53,521 nucleotides of DNA from an uncultured Clostridia bacterium (GTDB lineage: Bacteria > Bacillota > Clostridia > Christensenellales > UBA1242), in NCBI GenBank assembly GCA_947623775.1, contig CANQHL010000001.1, positions 1 through 53,521 of the forward strand, in the 5' to 3' direction. The notes beneath the pieces were generated by a model that saw only the letters and a list, made by a program, of their open reading frames with translations, did not search any database and was not told where the DNA came from. Position numbers and translations under genes: made by a program. Numbering within the stretch: the first letter of the stretch is position 1; every line of letters starts with the position of its first letter. Shown here one piece after another: positions 8,437 to 16,083 of this stretch.

Positions 8437-8895
8437 ATGGAAATAAAAGATGTATACTTATTCACAATTTACTACAATCAAACTTCAAATAATAAAAGTG
8501 ATGAAAAATTGATATATTGGGATAGTGACGACATTTATCAACTTTCCAATCTTCCTCAAAACACAGTTTTTGTATGTTGTGAAAAATTGGTTAAAGAAAC
8601 AAAAAAGTTTGACGAGGTAAAAAATTACGCGTTTGGTCGCGAGCTTACCGACCAAGACCTTGAAGAGGAACTTGCAAATAATCGTGATGAAAAGGCAAAT
8701 GGGTATATCGCTCATCTACTAGACAGCTACTCGGAAATTGAGGGGGTATTTTGTATCTTCAAAAATAAAGACAAAATATGCGCCTATAATATTTCGCATG
8801 CCGCATGTGAAGTGATGTCCGAAGAACAAATCAAAGACGGGAGGGTTATGAAAAACGTCAAATTTGATGAAAGTGATTATTTGGATTTAGAGTAG
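8437..8895 (+). CDS. YLDLE-tail family protein, member A
   Basis: GGAGG at 8427-8431 favours ATG 8437 (MEIKDVYLF). Shares with the 12961..13428 protein an N-terminal beta segment, the DDIYQLSNLPQNTVFV block, the YAFG block and FCIFKNKDKICAY (compare FIFKNTDKIFSF). Ends DESDYLDLE-stop. Confidence 0.8.
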   Translation: MEIKDVYLFTIYYNQTSNNKSDEKLIYWDSDDIYQLSNLPQNTVFVCCEKLVKETKKFDEVKNYAFGRELTDQDLEEELANNRDEKANGYIAHLLDSYSEIEGVFCIFKNKDKICAYNISHAACEVMSEEQIKDGRVMKNVKFDESDYLDLE

Positions 8896-8904
8896 GAAAA
8901 AGAT

Positions 8905-9048
8905 ATGAAATATCAAAAATCAAATATTATATTGCCTATTACTTAGAAGAGAAAAGCGGAAAAGTTGTGCAAGAAAGACAAAAAAGTGGCATTGCCACAA
9001 ACAAAAGCACCAAAGATGGAGATGGCGATATACATCGATCTTGAATAA
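8905..9048 (+). pseudogene. Mini-ORF or remnant ending in YIDLE, interrupted by an in-frame TAG
   Basis: AGGAAAAAGAT-ATG at 8905. Frame 1 reads MKYQKSNIILPIT-TAG(8944-8946)-KRKAEKLCKKDKKVALPQTKAPKMEMAIYIDLE-TAA. It lies 9 nt after member A and upstream of the shared terminator at 9142. Confidence 0.4.
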
Positions 9049-9141
9049 TTCAACCTATTCGACATTATTTTTAATGATAATGAGAATATTAAATATATAT
9101 TATATGTTTAAATTTATGCCGAAATGTAAAAAAATAAAAAT

Positions 9142-9171
9142 AATATCCAATTTTATTTGGATATTTTTTTT
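9142..9171 (+). terminator. Intrinsic terminator downstream of member A and the mini-ORF
   Basis: AATATCCAA-TTTTAT-TTGGATATT stem-loop followed by a T-run. Confidence 0.65.
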
Positions 9172-9213
9172 AAATGTTATATAATTTTATAGTTAGTTGT
9201 AAAAGGAGAATTT

Positions 9214-11820
9214 ATGAAACAATTTGTTTATCTTTTCAGAGAGGCTGATGGCAAAAATAAAGCTCTCTTTGGCGGCAAAGGTGCAAATCTTGCCGAAATG
9301 ACAAACCTTGGAATGCCTGTTCCACAGGGTTTCACTATCACTACTGAGGCTTGCACTCAATATTACAAAGACGGCAGAAAGATCAATGATCTTATGATGT
9401 CTCAAATTGAGTACAAACTTGGCGAACTTGAAAAAATGACAGGCAAAAAGCTCGGAGATAAGAAAAATCCGCTCCTTGTTTCCGTACGTTCTGGTGCAAG
9501 AGTTTCCATGCCCGGAATGATGGACACAATCTTAAACCTTGGACTTAATGATGAAGTGGTTGAGGGACTTGCCACACTCACAAAAAATCCAAGATTTGCA
9601 TACGATTCATACAGAAGATTTATTCAAATGTTTTCTGATGTTGTTATGCAACAAGAAAAATCAAAATATGAAAGAATTCTTGATAAGGTAAAACAAGAAA
9701 AAGGCGTTCAATATGACAAAGATCTTACTGCAGACGACCTTAAAGAAATTGTAACAATGTTTAAAGCATTGTACGAGAAGTCTCAGGGTGAACCTTTCCC
9801 ACAAGATCCAAGAGTTCAACTGTTGGAAGCAGTAAAAGCCGTTTTCCGTTCTTGGGATAACGAAAGAGCAAATGTTTACAGAAGAATGCACGATATTCCA
9901 TATGAATGGGGTACAGCTGTAAACGTTCAATCAATGGTGTTTGGAAACATGGGAGACACTTCAGGAACAGGTGTTGCATTCTCAAGAAACCCTGCAACCG
10001 GCGAAAATGTTTTATATGGTGAATATCTTATGAACGCACAAGGTGAAGACGTTGTTGCTGGAATAAGAACACCACTTCCAATTTCCGCTCTTGAAAAGCA
10101 AAATCCACTAGTATACAGACAATTTGCAGACATTGCAAAGAAACTTGAAAAACACAATAAAGATATGCAAGACATGGAATTTACCATTGAAAATGGCAGA
10201 CTTTATATGCTTCAAACAAGAAATGGCAAACGTACAGCAAAGGCTGCATTAAAAATCGCTGTGATAACAGAAAAAGAAGCACTTATGATGCTTGACCCTA
10301 AACAACTTGATGCACTTTTGCACCCACAATTTGAGGATAAAGCGTTGAAAGACGCATGCCCAATTGCTGAGGCACTTCCTGCATCTCCGGGGGCTGCATG
10401 CGGAAAAATTGTATTTACTGCAGAAAGAGCAAAGGAACTTGCATCTCAAGGGGAAAAAGTTGTGCTTGTAAGACTTGAAACATCTCCTGAGGATATTGAG
10501 GGTATGGCATCAAGCCAGGGCATATTGACTGCAAGAGGAGGTATGACGTCTCACGCTGCCGTTGTCGCACGTGGAATGGGAACTGCTTGTGTTGCAGGAT
10601 GCTCAGCAATTAAATTTGCAGAAGATGAAAAATCATTTACAATTGAAGGCAAAGTTTACAGAGAGGGTGATGAACTTTCATTTGATGGTTCAACAGGAAA
10701 AGTTTATGATGGCCTTATCAAAACAGAACCTGCTAAAATTTCCGGTGAATTTGCTACAATTATGGAATGGGCTGATAAATATCGTGCTATGCAGGTTAGA
10801 ACAAACGCCGACAATCCAAAAGATGCTAAAAACGCATTCAACTTTGGTGCTCAGGGTGTAGGACTTTGCAGAACAGAACACATGTTCTTTGAAGCAGACA
10901 GAATTCCTGCCGTTAGAGAAATGATTGTATCTTCAACTGTTGAAGAAAGAAAGAAGGCGCTTGCAAAACTTCTTCCAATGCAAAGAAAAGACTTTATTGG
11001 AATTTATAAGGCAATGCAAGGACTTCCTGTTACAATTCGTTTCCTTGATCCACCACTTCATGAATTTTTACCACATGAAGATGAGGACATAAAAGCACTT
11101 GCAAAAGAAATGGGGCTTACATTTGATAAATTAAAACAAACAGTTGCCGATCTTCATGAATTCAACCCAATGATGGGACATCGTGGACTTCGTCTTGCTG
11201 TAACATATCCAGAAATTGCAGAAATGCAAACACAGGCTGTTATCGAAGCCGCAATTGCAGTAAATAAGGAAATGGGCTTCAAGATTGTTCCTGAAATTAT
11301 GATTCCACTCACTTGCGATAGCAAAGAATTCAAATATGTTCGTGATATTGTTGCAAACAAAGCCGATGAGGTTATCAAAGAAAATGGTGTAGATCTTAAA
11401 TACAAGATTGGAACAATGATTGAGATCCCTCGTGCAGCAGTTACTGCAGATGAAGTTGCAAAATATGCTGAATTCTTCTCATTTGGAACAAACGACTTGA
11501 CTCAAATGACTTATGGCTTCAGCCGTGATGATGCAGGTAAATTCCTTGATGTTTACTATGCTAAGAAGATTTTTGAAAGTGATCCATTTGCAAGATTAGA
11601 CCAAAATGGTGTAGGCAAACTTGTTAAGATGGCATGCGACCTTGGAAAGAGTGTTCGCCCAGACATCAAACTTGGAATATGTGGAGAACATGGTGGAGAT
11701 CCATCAAGCGTTGAATTTTGCCATAACGCAGGACTCACATATGTATCTTGCTCACCATTTAGAGTTCCAATTGCAAGACTTGCTGCTGCTCAGGCAAATA
11801 TTAAAAATCCAAGAAATTAA
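9214..11820 (+). CDS. ppdK: Pyruvate, phosphate dikinase
   Basis: 868 aa with an N-terminal ATP-grasp segment (FGGKGANLAEM), the phosphohistidine loop GGMTSHAAVVARGMG and the C-terminal PEP-utilising TIM barrel (GLCRTEHMF, GICGEHGGDP). Confidence 0.95.
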   Translation: MKQFVYLFREADGKNKALFGGKGANLAEMTNLGMPVPQGFTITTEACTQYYKDGRKINDLMMSQIEYKLGELEKMTGKKLGDKKNPLLVSVRSGARVSMPGMMDTILNLGLNDEVVEGLATLTKNPRFAYDSYRRFIQMFSDVVMQQEKSKYERILDKVKQEKGVQYDKDLTADDLKEIVTMFKALYEKSQGEPFPQDPRVQLLEAVKAVFRSWDNERANVYRRMHDIPYEWGTAVNVQSMVFGNMGDTSGTGVAFSRNPATGENVLYGEYLMNAQGEDVVAGIRTPLPISALEKQNPLVYRQFADIAKKLEKHNKDMQDMEFTIENGRLYMLQTRNGKRTAKAALKIAVITEKEALMMLDPKQLDALLHPQFEDKALKDACPIAEALPASPGAACGKIVFTAERAKELASQGEKVVLVRLETSPEDIEGMASSQGILTARGGMTSHAAVVARGMGTACVAGCSAIKFAEDEKSFTIEGKVYREGDELSFDGSTGKVYDGLIKTEPAKISGEFATIMEWADKYRAMQVRTNADNPKDAKNAFNFGAQGVGLCRTEHMFFEADRIPAVREMIVSSTVEERKKALAKLLPMQRKDFIGIYKAMQGLPVTIRFLDPPLHEFLPHEDEDIKALAKEMGLTFDKLKQTVADLHEFNPMMGHRGLRLAVTYPEIAEMQTQAVIEAAIAVNKEMGFKIVPEIMIPLTCDSKEFKYVRDIVANKADEVIKENGVDLKYKIGTMIEIPRAAVTADEVAKYAEFFSFGTNDLTQMTYGFSRDDAGKFLDVYYAKKIFESDPFARLDQNGVGKLVKMACDLGKSVRPDIKLGICGEHGGDPSSVEFCHNAGLTYVSCSPFRVPIARLAAAQANIKNPRN

Positions 11821-11827
11821 AGAAAAA

Positions 11828-11855
11828 ATATGGACATTCAAGTCCATATTTTTTT
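11828..11855 (+). terminator. ppdK intrinsic terminator
   Basis: ATATGGAC-ATTCAA-GTCCATAT (8-bp stem) followed by TTTTTTT. Confidence 0.75.
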
Positions 11856-11869
11856 AATGCGTATAAATT

Positions 11870-12021
11870 TAAAATAATTAATCAATCTAAACAACACTGT
11901 TTTAAAACTAAAAAGAATCCAATCCAAATTAATATGGTGTATATACTAAAACATTATCAAATCCATATTAACATTGTTTATAAACTAAAAAATAGCCAAT
12001 TCAAAATCACTTTGTGTCAAA
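11870..12021. repeat. Degenerate tandem repeat, about 38-bp unit x4 (alternating units give a 76-77-bp periodicity)
   Basis: Units start at about 11870, 11908, 11946 and 11984, each beginning (C)TAAAA. Example: AACACTGTTTTAAAACTAAAAAGAATCCAATCCAAAT (11893) versus AACATTGTTTATAAACTAAAAAATAGCCAATTCAAAA (11970), with roughly three quarters of positions identical in my hand alignment. Confidence 0.45.
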
Positions 12022-12034
12022 ATTTTATGCTAAA

Positions 12035-12521
12035 TTATTCCAAGTCAATATAAGGTCTATCATAAAATCGAGGGTCAACAAATTCAGGGTTATCATCAGA
12101 CTTCTCTTGTGTTGCATTAATTTCATTAATGTGAGCAGGGCTAACAAGCTTTCCCGCTTTTTTACTTCCGTAATCAAAAATGCCGTTTTGAGTTTTATAA
12201 ATCATCAATTCATTTTTATAATCTTTTTTACAATCAACTACAATTTCATTAAGATGTTTTAGGTATTTTATGTATTTGAGAGAATCAGGCAGCGCTTTAA
12301 TTCTCTTAACTTCATTTTCCACATCTGCAATAGAAGCAGGGTAGCCAATAAAAAAAACATCCGTCGCTTTTTGGATTTTGTCCTAGTTTGTAGACGTAGT
12401 CGACATCACTTGGTAAATTTAATTTTTTAATATCATCTTCATCAGTTTCAATGTCTGTAAGGCCTTTATCAAAAGCCTGCGGATTTGTTACCGACCTGAT
12501 ACAATATTTATATTTTCCCAT
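12035..12521 (-). pseudogene. YLDLE-tail family member B, split by a +1 frameshift in an 8-nt homopolymer (track ORFs 12312..12521 and 12035..12322)
   Basis: The upstream ORF reads ...DDIKKLNLPSDVDYVYKLGQNPKSDGCFF and then runs out of frame through T8 (A8 on the + strand, 12350-12357). Removing one T gives ...CFFIGYPASIADVENEVKRIK..., which restores the family [YF]-x-I-G motif and joins the downstream ORF ending DRPYIDLE. A perfect promoter and a GGAG RBS lie upstream. Confidence 0.75.
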
Positions 12522-12537
12522 ATTTAACTCCGCTTAA

Positions 12538-12566
12538 ATTATAGCTGATTTAAAGCATCTTGTCAA
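12538..12566 (-). promoter_or_regulatory. Consensus sigma-A promoter for family member B
   Basis: The minus strand reads TTGACA (12566-12561), a 17-nt spacer, then TATAAT (12543-12538), followed by GGAG and the ATG at 12521. Confidence 0.65.
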
Positions 12567-12648
12567 TATGGAATTGGTGTATAATGTATTATATTTAAGG
12601 AAAAGAGCATTTTAAACAATATTTTTACAACCTCTTTTAAAATTTTAC

Positions 12649-12677
12649 TTTACATTTTTAAAAAAGAATGATATAAT
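12649..12677 (+). promoter_or_regulatory. Sigma-A promoter for rpoZ
   Basis: TTTACA (12649-12654), a 17-nt spacer, then TATAAT (12672-12677). GAGAGGTG RBS before ATG 12708. Confidence 0.55.
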
Positions 12678-12707
12678 AGTCAAGAAAATATAGAGAGGTG
12701 AAGTATT

Positions 12708-12908
12708 ATGATGATTGAACCATCAATTGATAGTTTACTTAACAAGGTAGGCGGGAATAGATATGTGCTTTGCAATGTAATCGCAAAAAGAGCAAAAGAA
12801 ATTGAAAGTGTAAGGAGACTTGAACTTGCCGACCAAGACAAAAAGGCGATAAGTATTGCTTGTGAGGAAGTTGCAAACGGCAAGATAAAGCCATCAGAGG
12901 AAAAATAA
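12708..12908 (+). CDS. rpoZ: DNA-directed RNA polymerase subunit omega
   Basis: MMIEPSIDSLLNKVGGNRYVLCNVIAKRAKEI matches the conserved omega N-terminus (PSIDxLL...RYxL...AKRAR). 66 aa. Confidence 0.9.
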   Translation: MMIEPSIDSLLNKVGGNRYVLCNVIAKRAKEIESVRRLELADQDKKAISIACEEVANGKIKPSEEK

Positions 12909-12930
12909 AAAAGTCAAAACACAAATAAAA

Positions 12931-12962
12931 GCACTCCGAGTTAAAAAGTGGAGTGCCTTTTT
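12931..12962. terminator. Bidirectional terminator shared by rpoZ and the convergent tail-family operon
   Basis: GCACTCC-(12-nt loop)-GGAGTGC, flanked by an A-run upstream and a T-run downstream. Confidence 0.65.
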
Positions 12963-13428
12963 ATTCCAAATCCAAATATGGTTTATCTTCAAAGTTTGGC
13001 TTGTAAAGTATGCTTCTGTTAAGTTTGCCATCAAAAATGCAGTTTGAGGGCAATAAAGTCGCATTTTTTCGCGGAAAACTGAAAATTTTATCTGTGTTTT
13101 TGAAAATAAAATTAGTTTTTGAAACTGATTCAAAGTTTTCTCTTAAATATTTAAGAAATGTCACATAATTTGAGTTTGTATTTTTTGAATATTGTAAATT
13201 TATAAGATTTTTATCAACATCTTGAAATTTTATTTTTTCACCAATAAAAAAAGTTTTGTTTTCAACATATTTGTTGCTTATTTTATCATATCTCATACAA
13301 AATACCGCCACGGTTTTCTCGGGTAAACCGGTGACATTAAATATGTTGTTATTATCACTGAATTGTTCTTTGATTTTTTCTTTTTTCTTATTATCAAAAT
13401 ATAAAATTTTATATTTGTAAATTATCAT
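12961..13428 (-). CDS. YLDLE-tail family protein, member C (last gene of the 5-gene operon)
   Basis: 155 aa with MIIYKYKILYF beta start, NIFNVTGLPEKTVAVF, TFFIGEKI, FIFKNTDKIFSF and LLPSNCIFDGKL blocks. Ends EDKPYLDLE-stop. Confidence 0.85.
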   Translation of the reverse strand: MIIYKYKILYFDNKKKEKIKEQFSDNNNIFNVTGLPEKTVAVFCMRYDKISNKYVENKTFFIGEKIKFQDVDKNLINLQYSKNTNSNYVTFLKYLRENFESVSKTNFIFKNTDKIFSFPRKNATLLPSNCIFDGKLNRSILYKPNFEDKPYLDLE

Positions 13429-13448
13429 TATGTTTTGTTCCTATTAAA

Positions 13449-14246
13449 TTATTCTAAATCATCATAAGCCTTACTTTCTGGGTCGTAAAATCCCTCTGCA
13501 TTGAAAAGTGCGGGACTTAAAATCTTTGTATTTTTGTCAATAATTGGGTGAATTGTCCCTGTTTTGTCTTTAAAAGCATTTGAAAGGTTGTGGCTTTTCA
13601 TAAAATCATATAGTGACTTATCTGCCAACATTACCTGTGATAATGAAAGAGGCGTTCCAATGGCAAAAGTCTCGATATTGATTTGTTCATTGTCTGGCGA
13701 CAAATCGAAAAGTTCAATGTAATTTTCTTTTGAGCTGGTTATTTGTACTTCCTCTAAATTGTGACTTTGAAGTTCATAGTGCTTTATATATCCTTCTGTA
13801 TATGAATAAACAAAGCGTGGAATATTTCTTTCAATGTTAGGATAACTTGCCGTAAGAGCAAAATGCCTTATTTGATTTTTATTGTTTCCGCTTTTGGTGA
13901 ACAAGATTGAGGATGGAAGAAGATTTGTTCTATCAGAAAATTCAACCAATGGTCCTTTATATAGGTGAAAAAGGGTTTTTGCACCTGTTCTTTTAAACTT
14001 TTTTAATTCCTGTGAATTTTCTCCATAAATAAGTTCTGCTTTTTCACGCGAAATCTTTTCGCCGATGAAATAGGATTTTGAATTTCCGTTTTTCTTGGTT
14101 AAAATAACCATATTTGTATCTTCGGGCAGTGGTATTTTGAAAATATCATCGGTATTAAAATGTTTTGTTGCAATCAAATTGAATTCGCCCTTGAAGAATT
14201 GAATTTCCACATCATCTGAAATTATTTTTGGTTTCAATGGTTGCAT
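13449..14246 (-). CDS. YLDLE-tail family protein, member D (apparent internal duplication of the family module)
   Basis: 265 aa. First half has DDIFKIPLPEDTNMVIL, SYFIGEKISREKAELIYGENS and NLLPSSILF. Second half repeats the pattern with TFAIGTPLSLSQV and KILSPALF. Ends ESKAYDDLE-stop. Confidence 0.85.
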   Translation of the reverse strand: MQPLKPKIISDDVEIQFFKGEFNLIATKHFNTDDIFKIPLPEDTNMVILTKKNGNSKSYFIGEKISREKAELIYGENSQELKKFKRTGAKTLFHLYKGPLVEFSDRTNLLPSSILFTKSGNNKNQIRHFALTASYPNIERNIPRFVYSYTEGYIKHYELQSHNLEEVQITSSKENYIELFDLSPDNEQINIETFAIGTPLSLSQVMLADKSLYDFMKSHNLSNAFKDKTGTIHPIIDKNTKILSPALFNAEGFYDPESKAYDDLE

Positions 14247-14274
14247 TTTTACCTCCGCTTAAGTAATAAAAAAT

Positions 14275-14865
14275 TTATTCTAGGTCTAAATATCCGTTAT
14301 CTTGATAGGTGCTTTTAATTTCCTCAGACTCGGAACCAGCATTTTGAGTCAAATTTTTATAATTGCTAGAATGCTTATAATATCCCTTTTCATCAAAGCA
14401 ATTTTCGTCAACAAATCCGTATTTGCATAAAAAGTCTGTTGCCCATATAGTTTGGGATTCGCTTCTAAGAAGAACAAGTCCGTCAAGGTAATACTTCTCA
14501 TTTTCTTTTTTAATATAAGGTGATTGAATTGAAATGCTTGTTAAAGGTGGGTTGTCGTTGATATATTTTTGTGATGACAAAAACTTTGAATAGCCGGACG
14601 GAAACAATTCTCTAATTTGTTCCCTTGAATAGTATTTACCTATGCAGTAAACAAGGTGATTGTAAGGACGTGATGATTTTGTCTCCCCATCATCGGCTAT
14701 CATTGCCACTTGCCTTTTAAAAAGAATTATGTTTGCATCTTTCGGAACGGGCATTGTGATATTGGACAGTTTGCAATCATCAATATCATATTTTGCAATA
14801 GGATTTATTGAATTGTCTGGGCCCACACTTGCAAATTCCACAAAAAATTTTTCAGTTGTTCTCAT
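14275..14865 (-). CDS. YLDLE-tail family protein, member E
   Basis: 196 aa with DDCKLSNITMPVPKDANIILF, VYCIGKYYSREQIRELF and the insertion KYYLDGLVLLRSE, which is shared with member G (RYQYDGWFLLRDG). Ends QDNGYLDLE-stop. Confidence 0.85.
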   Translation of the reverse strand: MRTTEKFFVEFASVGPDNSINPIAKYDIDDCKLSNITMPVPKDANIILFKRQVAMIADDGETKSSRPYNHLVYCIGKYYSREQIRELFPSGYSKFLSSQKYINDNPPLTSISIQSPYIKKENEKYYLDGLVLLRSESQTIWATDFLCKYGFVDENCFDEKGYYKHSSNYKNLTQNAGSESEEIKSTYQDNGYLDLE

Positions 14866-14874
14866 AATGTCTCC

Positions 14875-15300
14875 TTATTCTAAATCAAGATATCCGTTGT
14901 CACTGAAATCAGAAAGTTTGCCGTTTTCATTTATCATGTCTTTATCGATAAGATGAACGTTCAAGATGTGTGACAGTGGGAAAATATTTCCCGATTTCAT
15001 TATAATGGCATTTTTTAAATGATGTTTTTGTATGTATTTGTACTGAGTTGACGCTTCTCCAAACTTTTCATAAATTTCCCGAGATGTAAACGATGTTCCT
15101 ATGCAATAAGCATCAACATTTTTTGGATTTGAATAAATGCCGTCAATGAGTTCATCTTTTTCATAAAGAGTGATTAAATCTGCATTTTTTGGAATGTTAA
15201 CTTTAAAAATATCCTTAGCTTGTATTTCTTGCTCATTGTCGGGCGTAAGGATTTTGTTTTGAGAATATTTATAAAAATTTACAAAATATTTTTTGTTCAT
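14875..15300 (-). CDS. YLDLE-tail family protein, member F
   Basis: 141 aa with KYFVNFYKY, KDIFKVNIPKNADLITL, AYCIGTSFTSREIYEKFGEAS and NIFPLSHIL blocks. Ends SDNGYLDLE-stop. Only 9 nt separate it from member E. Confidence 0.85.
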   Translation of the reverse strand: MNKKYFVNFYKYSQNKILTPDNEQEIQAKDIFKVNIPKNADLITLYEKDELIDGIYSNPKNVDAYCIGTSFTSREIYEKFGEASTQYKYIQKHHLKNAIIMKSGNIFPLSHILNVHLIDKDMINENGKLSDFSDNGYLDLE

Positions 15301-15313
15301 TTTCTCTCCATTT

Positions 15314-15943
15314 TTATTCGATTTCTATAACATCGTCATCATAATTTTCTTCATCTGTACAAATTTCTTCATCATATAAACTGTCTGGATTGACTGTTGA
15401 ATTATTGATAGATGCTGTTTTGCTGATAAATCCGTTGCTATCAATAAGGCTTTTATCAAGAAGATTGCCAGCATAACCCCAGCCGTATGCAAATGAACCA
15501 TCACGAAGAAGAAACCATCCATCATATTGATAACGCCCGGTGACAGGGTCTTGAGAAATAGGTAAACCTTCATTGAATAGTTTGCAGACGTAAACAGTGT
15601 GTGCAGGGTTTCTACCACCTTGTAATTCTGCTTCACCTTCGAGGATAAATTGATATTCAGCTGAATTTTCGCCAAAAATATCGATAATTTGTTGTTTTGT
15701 AAGATAAGTGCCAATCATAAATGATTTACTGTTCGCACACGTTTCTGTTATTTTTGGCTCTTTTTTAAAAAGTCGTTTTTTTTCAATAACTTCATAATGT
15801 TCCAAAATAATGCCTATGGCGTTGTCTGGTATTTGTCCCAAATCATCAAATCCAAAACTTGGAATATCGCGTGTTAAAATTGTTCTATTGTTAATGTCTT
15901 TAAAAGTTGCAACTGTTTTGAAATAGACTCGCTTGGTTGCCAT
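15314..15943 (-). CDS. Tail-family protein, member G (first gene of the operon; degenerate tail VIEIE)
   Basis: 209 aa with RVYFKTVATF, FDDLGQIPDNAIGIIL and SFMIGTYLTKQQIIDIFGENSAEY blocks. The acidic C-terminus ends NYDDDVIEIE-stop. GGAGG RBS upstream. Confidence 0.8.
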   Translation of the reverse strand: MATKRVYFKTVATFKDINNRTILTRDIPSFGFDDLGQIPDNAIGIILEHYEVIEKKRLFKKEPKITETCANSKSFMIGTYLTKQQIIDIFGENSAEYQFILEGEAELQGGRNPAHTVYVCKLFNEGLPISQDPVTGRYQYDGWFLLRDGSFAYGWGYAGNLLDKSLIDSNGFISKTASINNSTVNPDSLYDEEICTDEENYDDDVIEIE

Positions 15944-15971
15944 TTCAGCCTCCTAACTATTAATATAATTA

Positions 15972-16000
15972 ATTATATCAATAAAATAAATAATTGTCAA
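15972..16000 (-). promoter_or_regulatory. Perfect consensus sigma-A promoter for the five-gene tail-family operon
   Basis: The minus strand reads TTGACA (16000-15995), a 17-nt spacer, then TATAAT (15977-15972). AGGAGG and ATG 15943 follow about 25-30 nt downstream. Confidence 0.7.
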
Positions 16001-16032
16001 TATAGAAAATATTTTCGTAATAAAATAAAACA

Positions 16033-16061
16033 TTGACAAAATAAATATTTTATATTATAAT
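16033..16061 (+). promoter_or_regulatory. Perfect consensus sigma-A promoter for the divergent gene 16084..16476
   Basis: TTGACA (16033-16038), a 17-nt spacer, then TATAAT (16056-16061), followed by AAGGAGA and ATG 16084. Confidence 0.7.
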
Positions 16062-16083
16062 AAAGTTATAAAAGGAGAATGCA

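Noticed and set aside
8944-8946. Possibility that TAG is recoded (an alternative genetic code), which would make the mini-ORF full-length.
   Set aside because: TAG is used as the terminator of member A (8893-8895), member H (19055-19057) and the 290-aa gene (19846-19848). All three protein ends look natural, so a standard stop meaning is far more likely.
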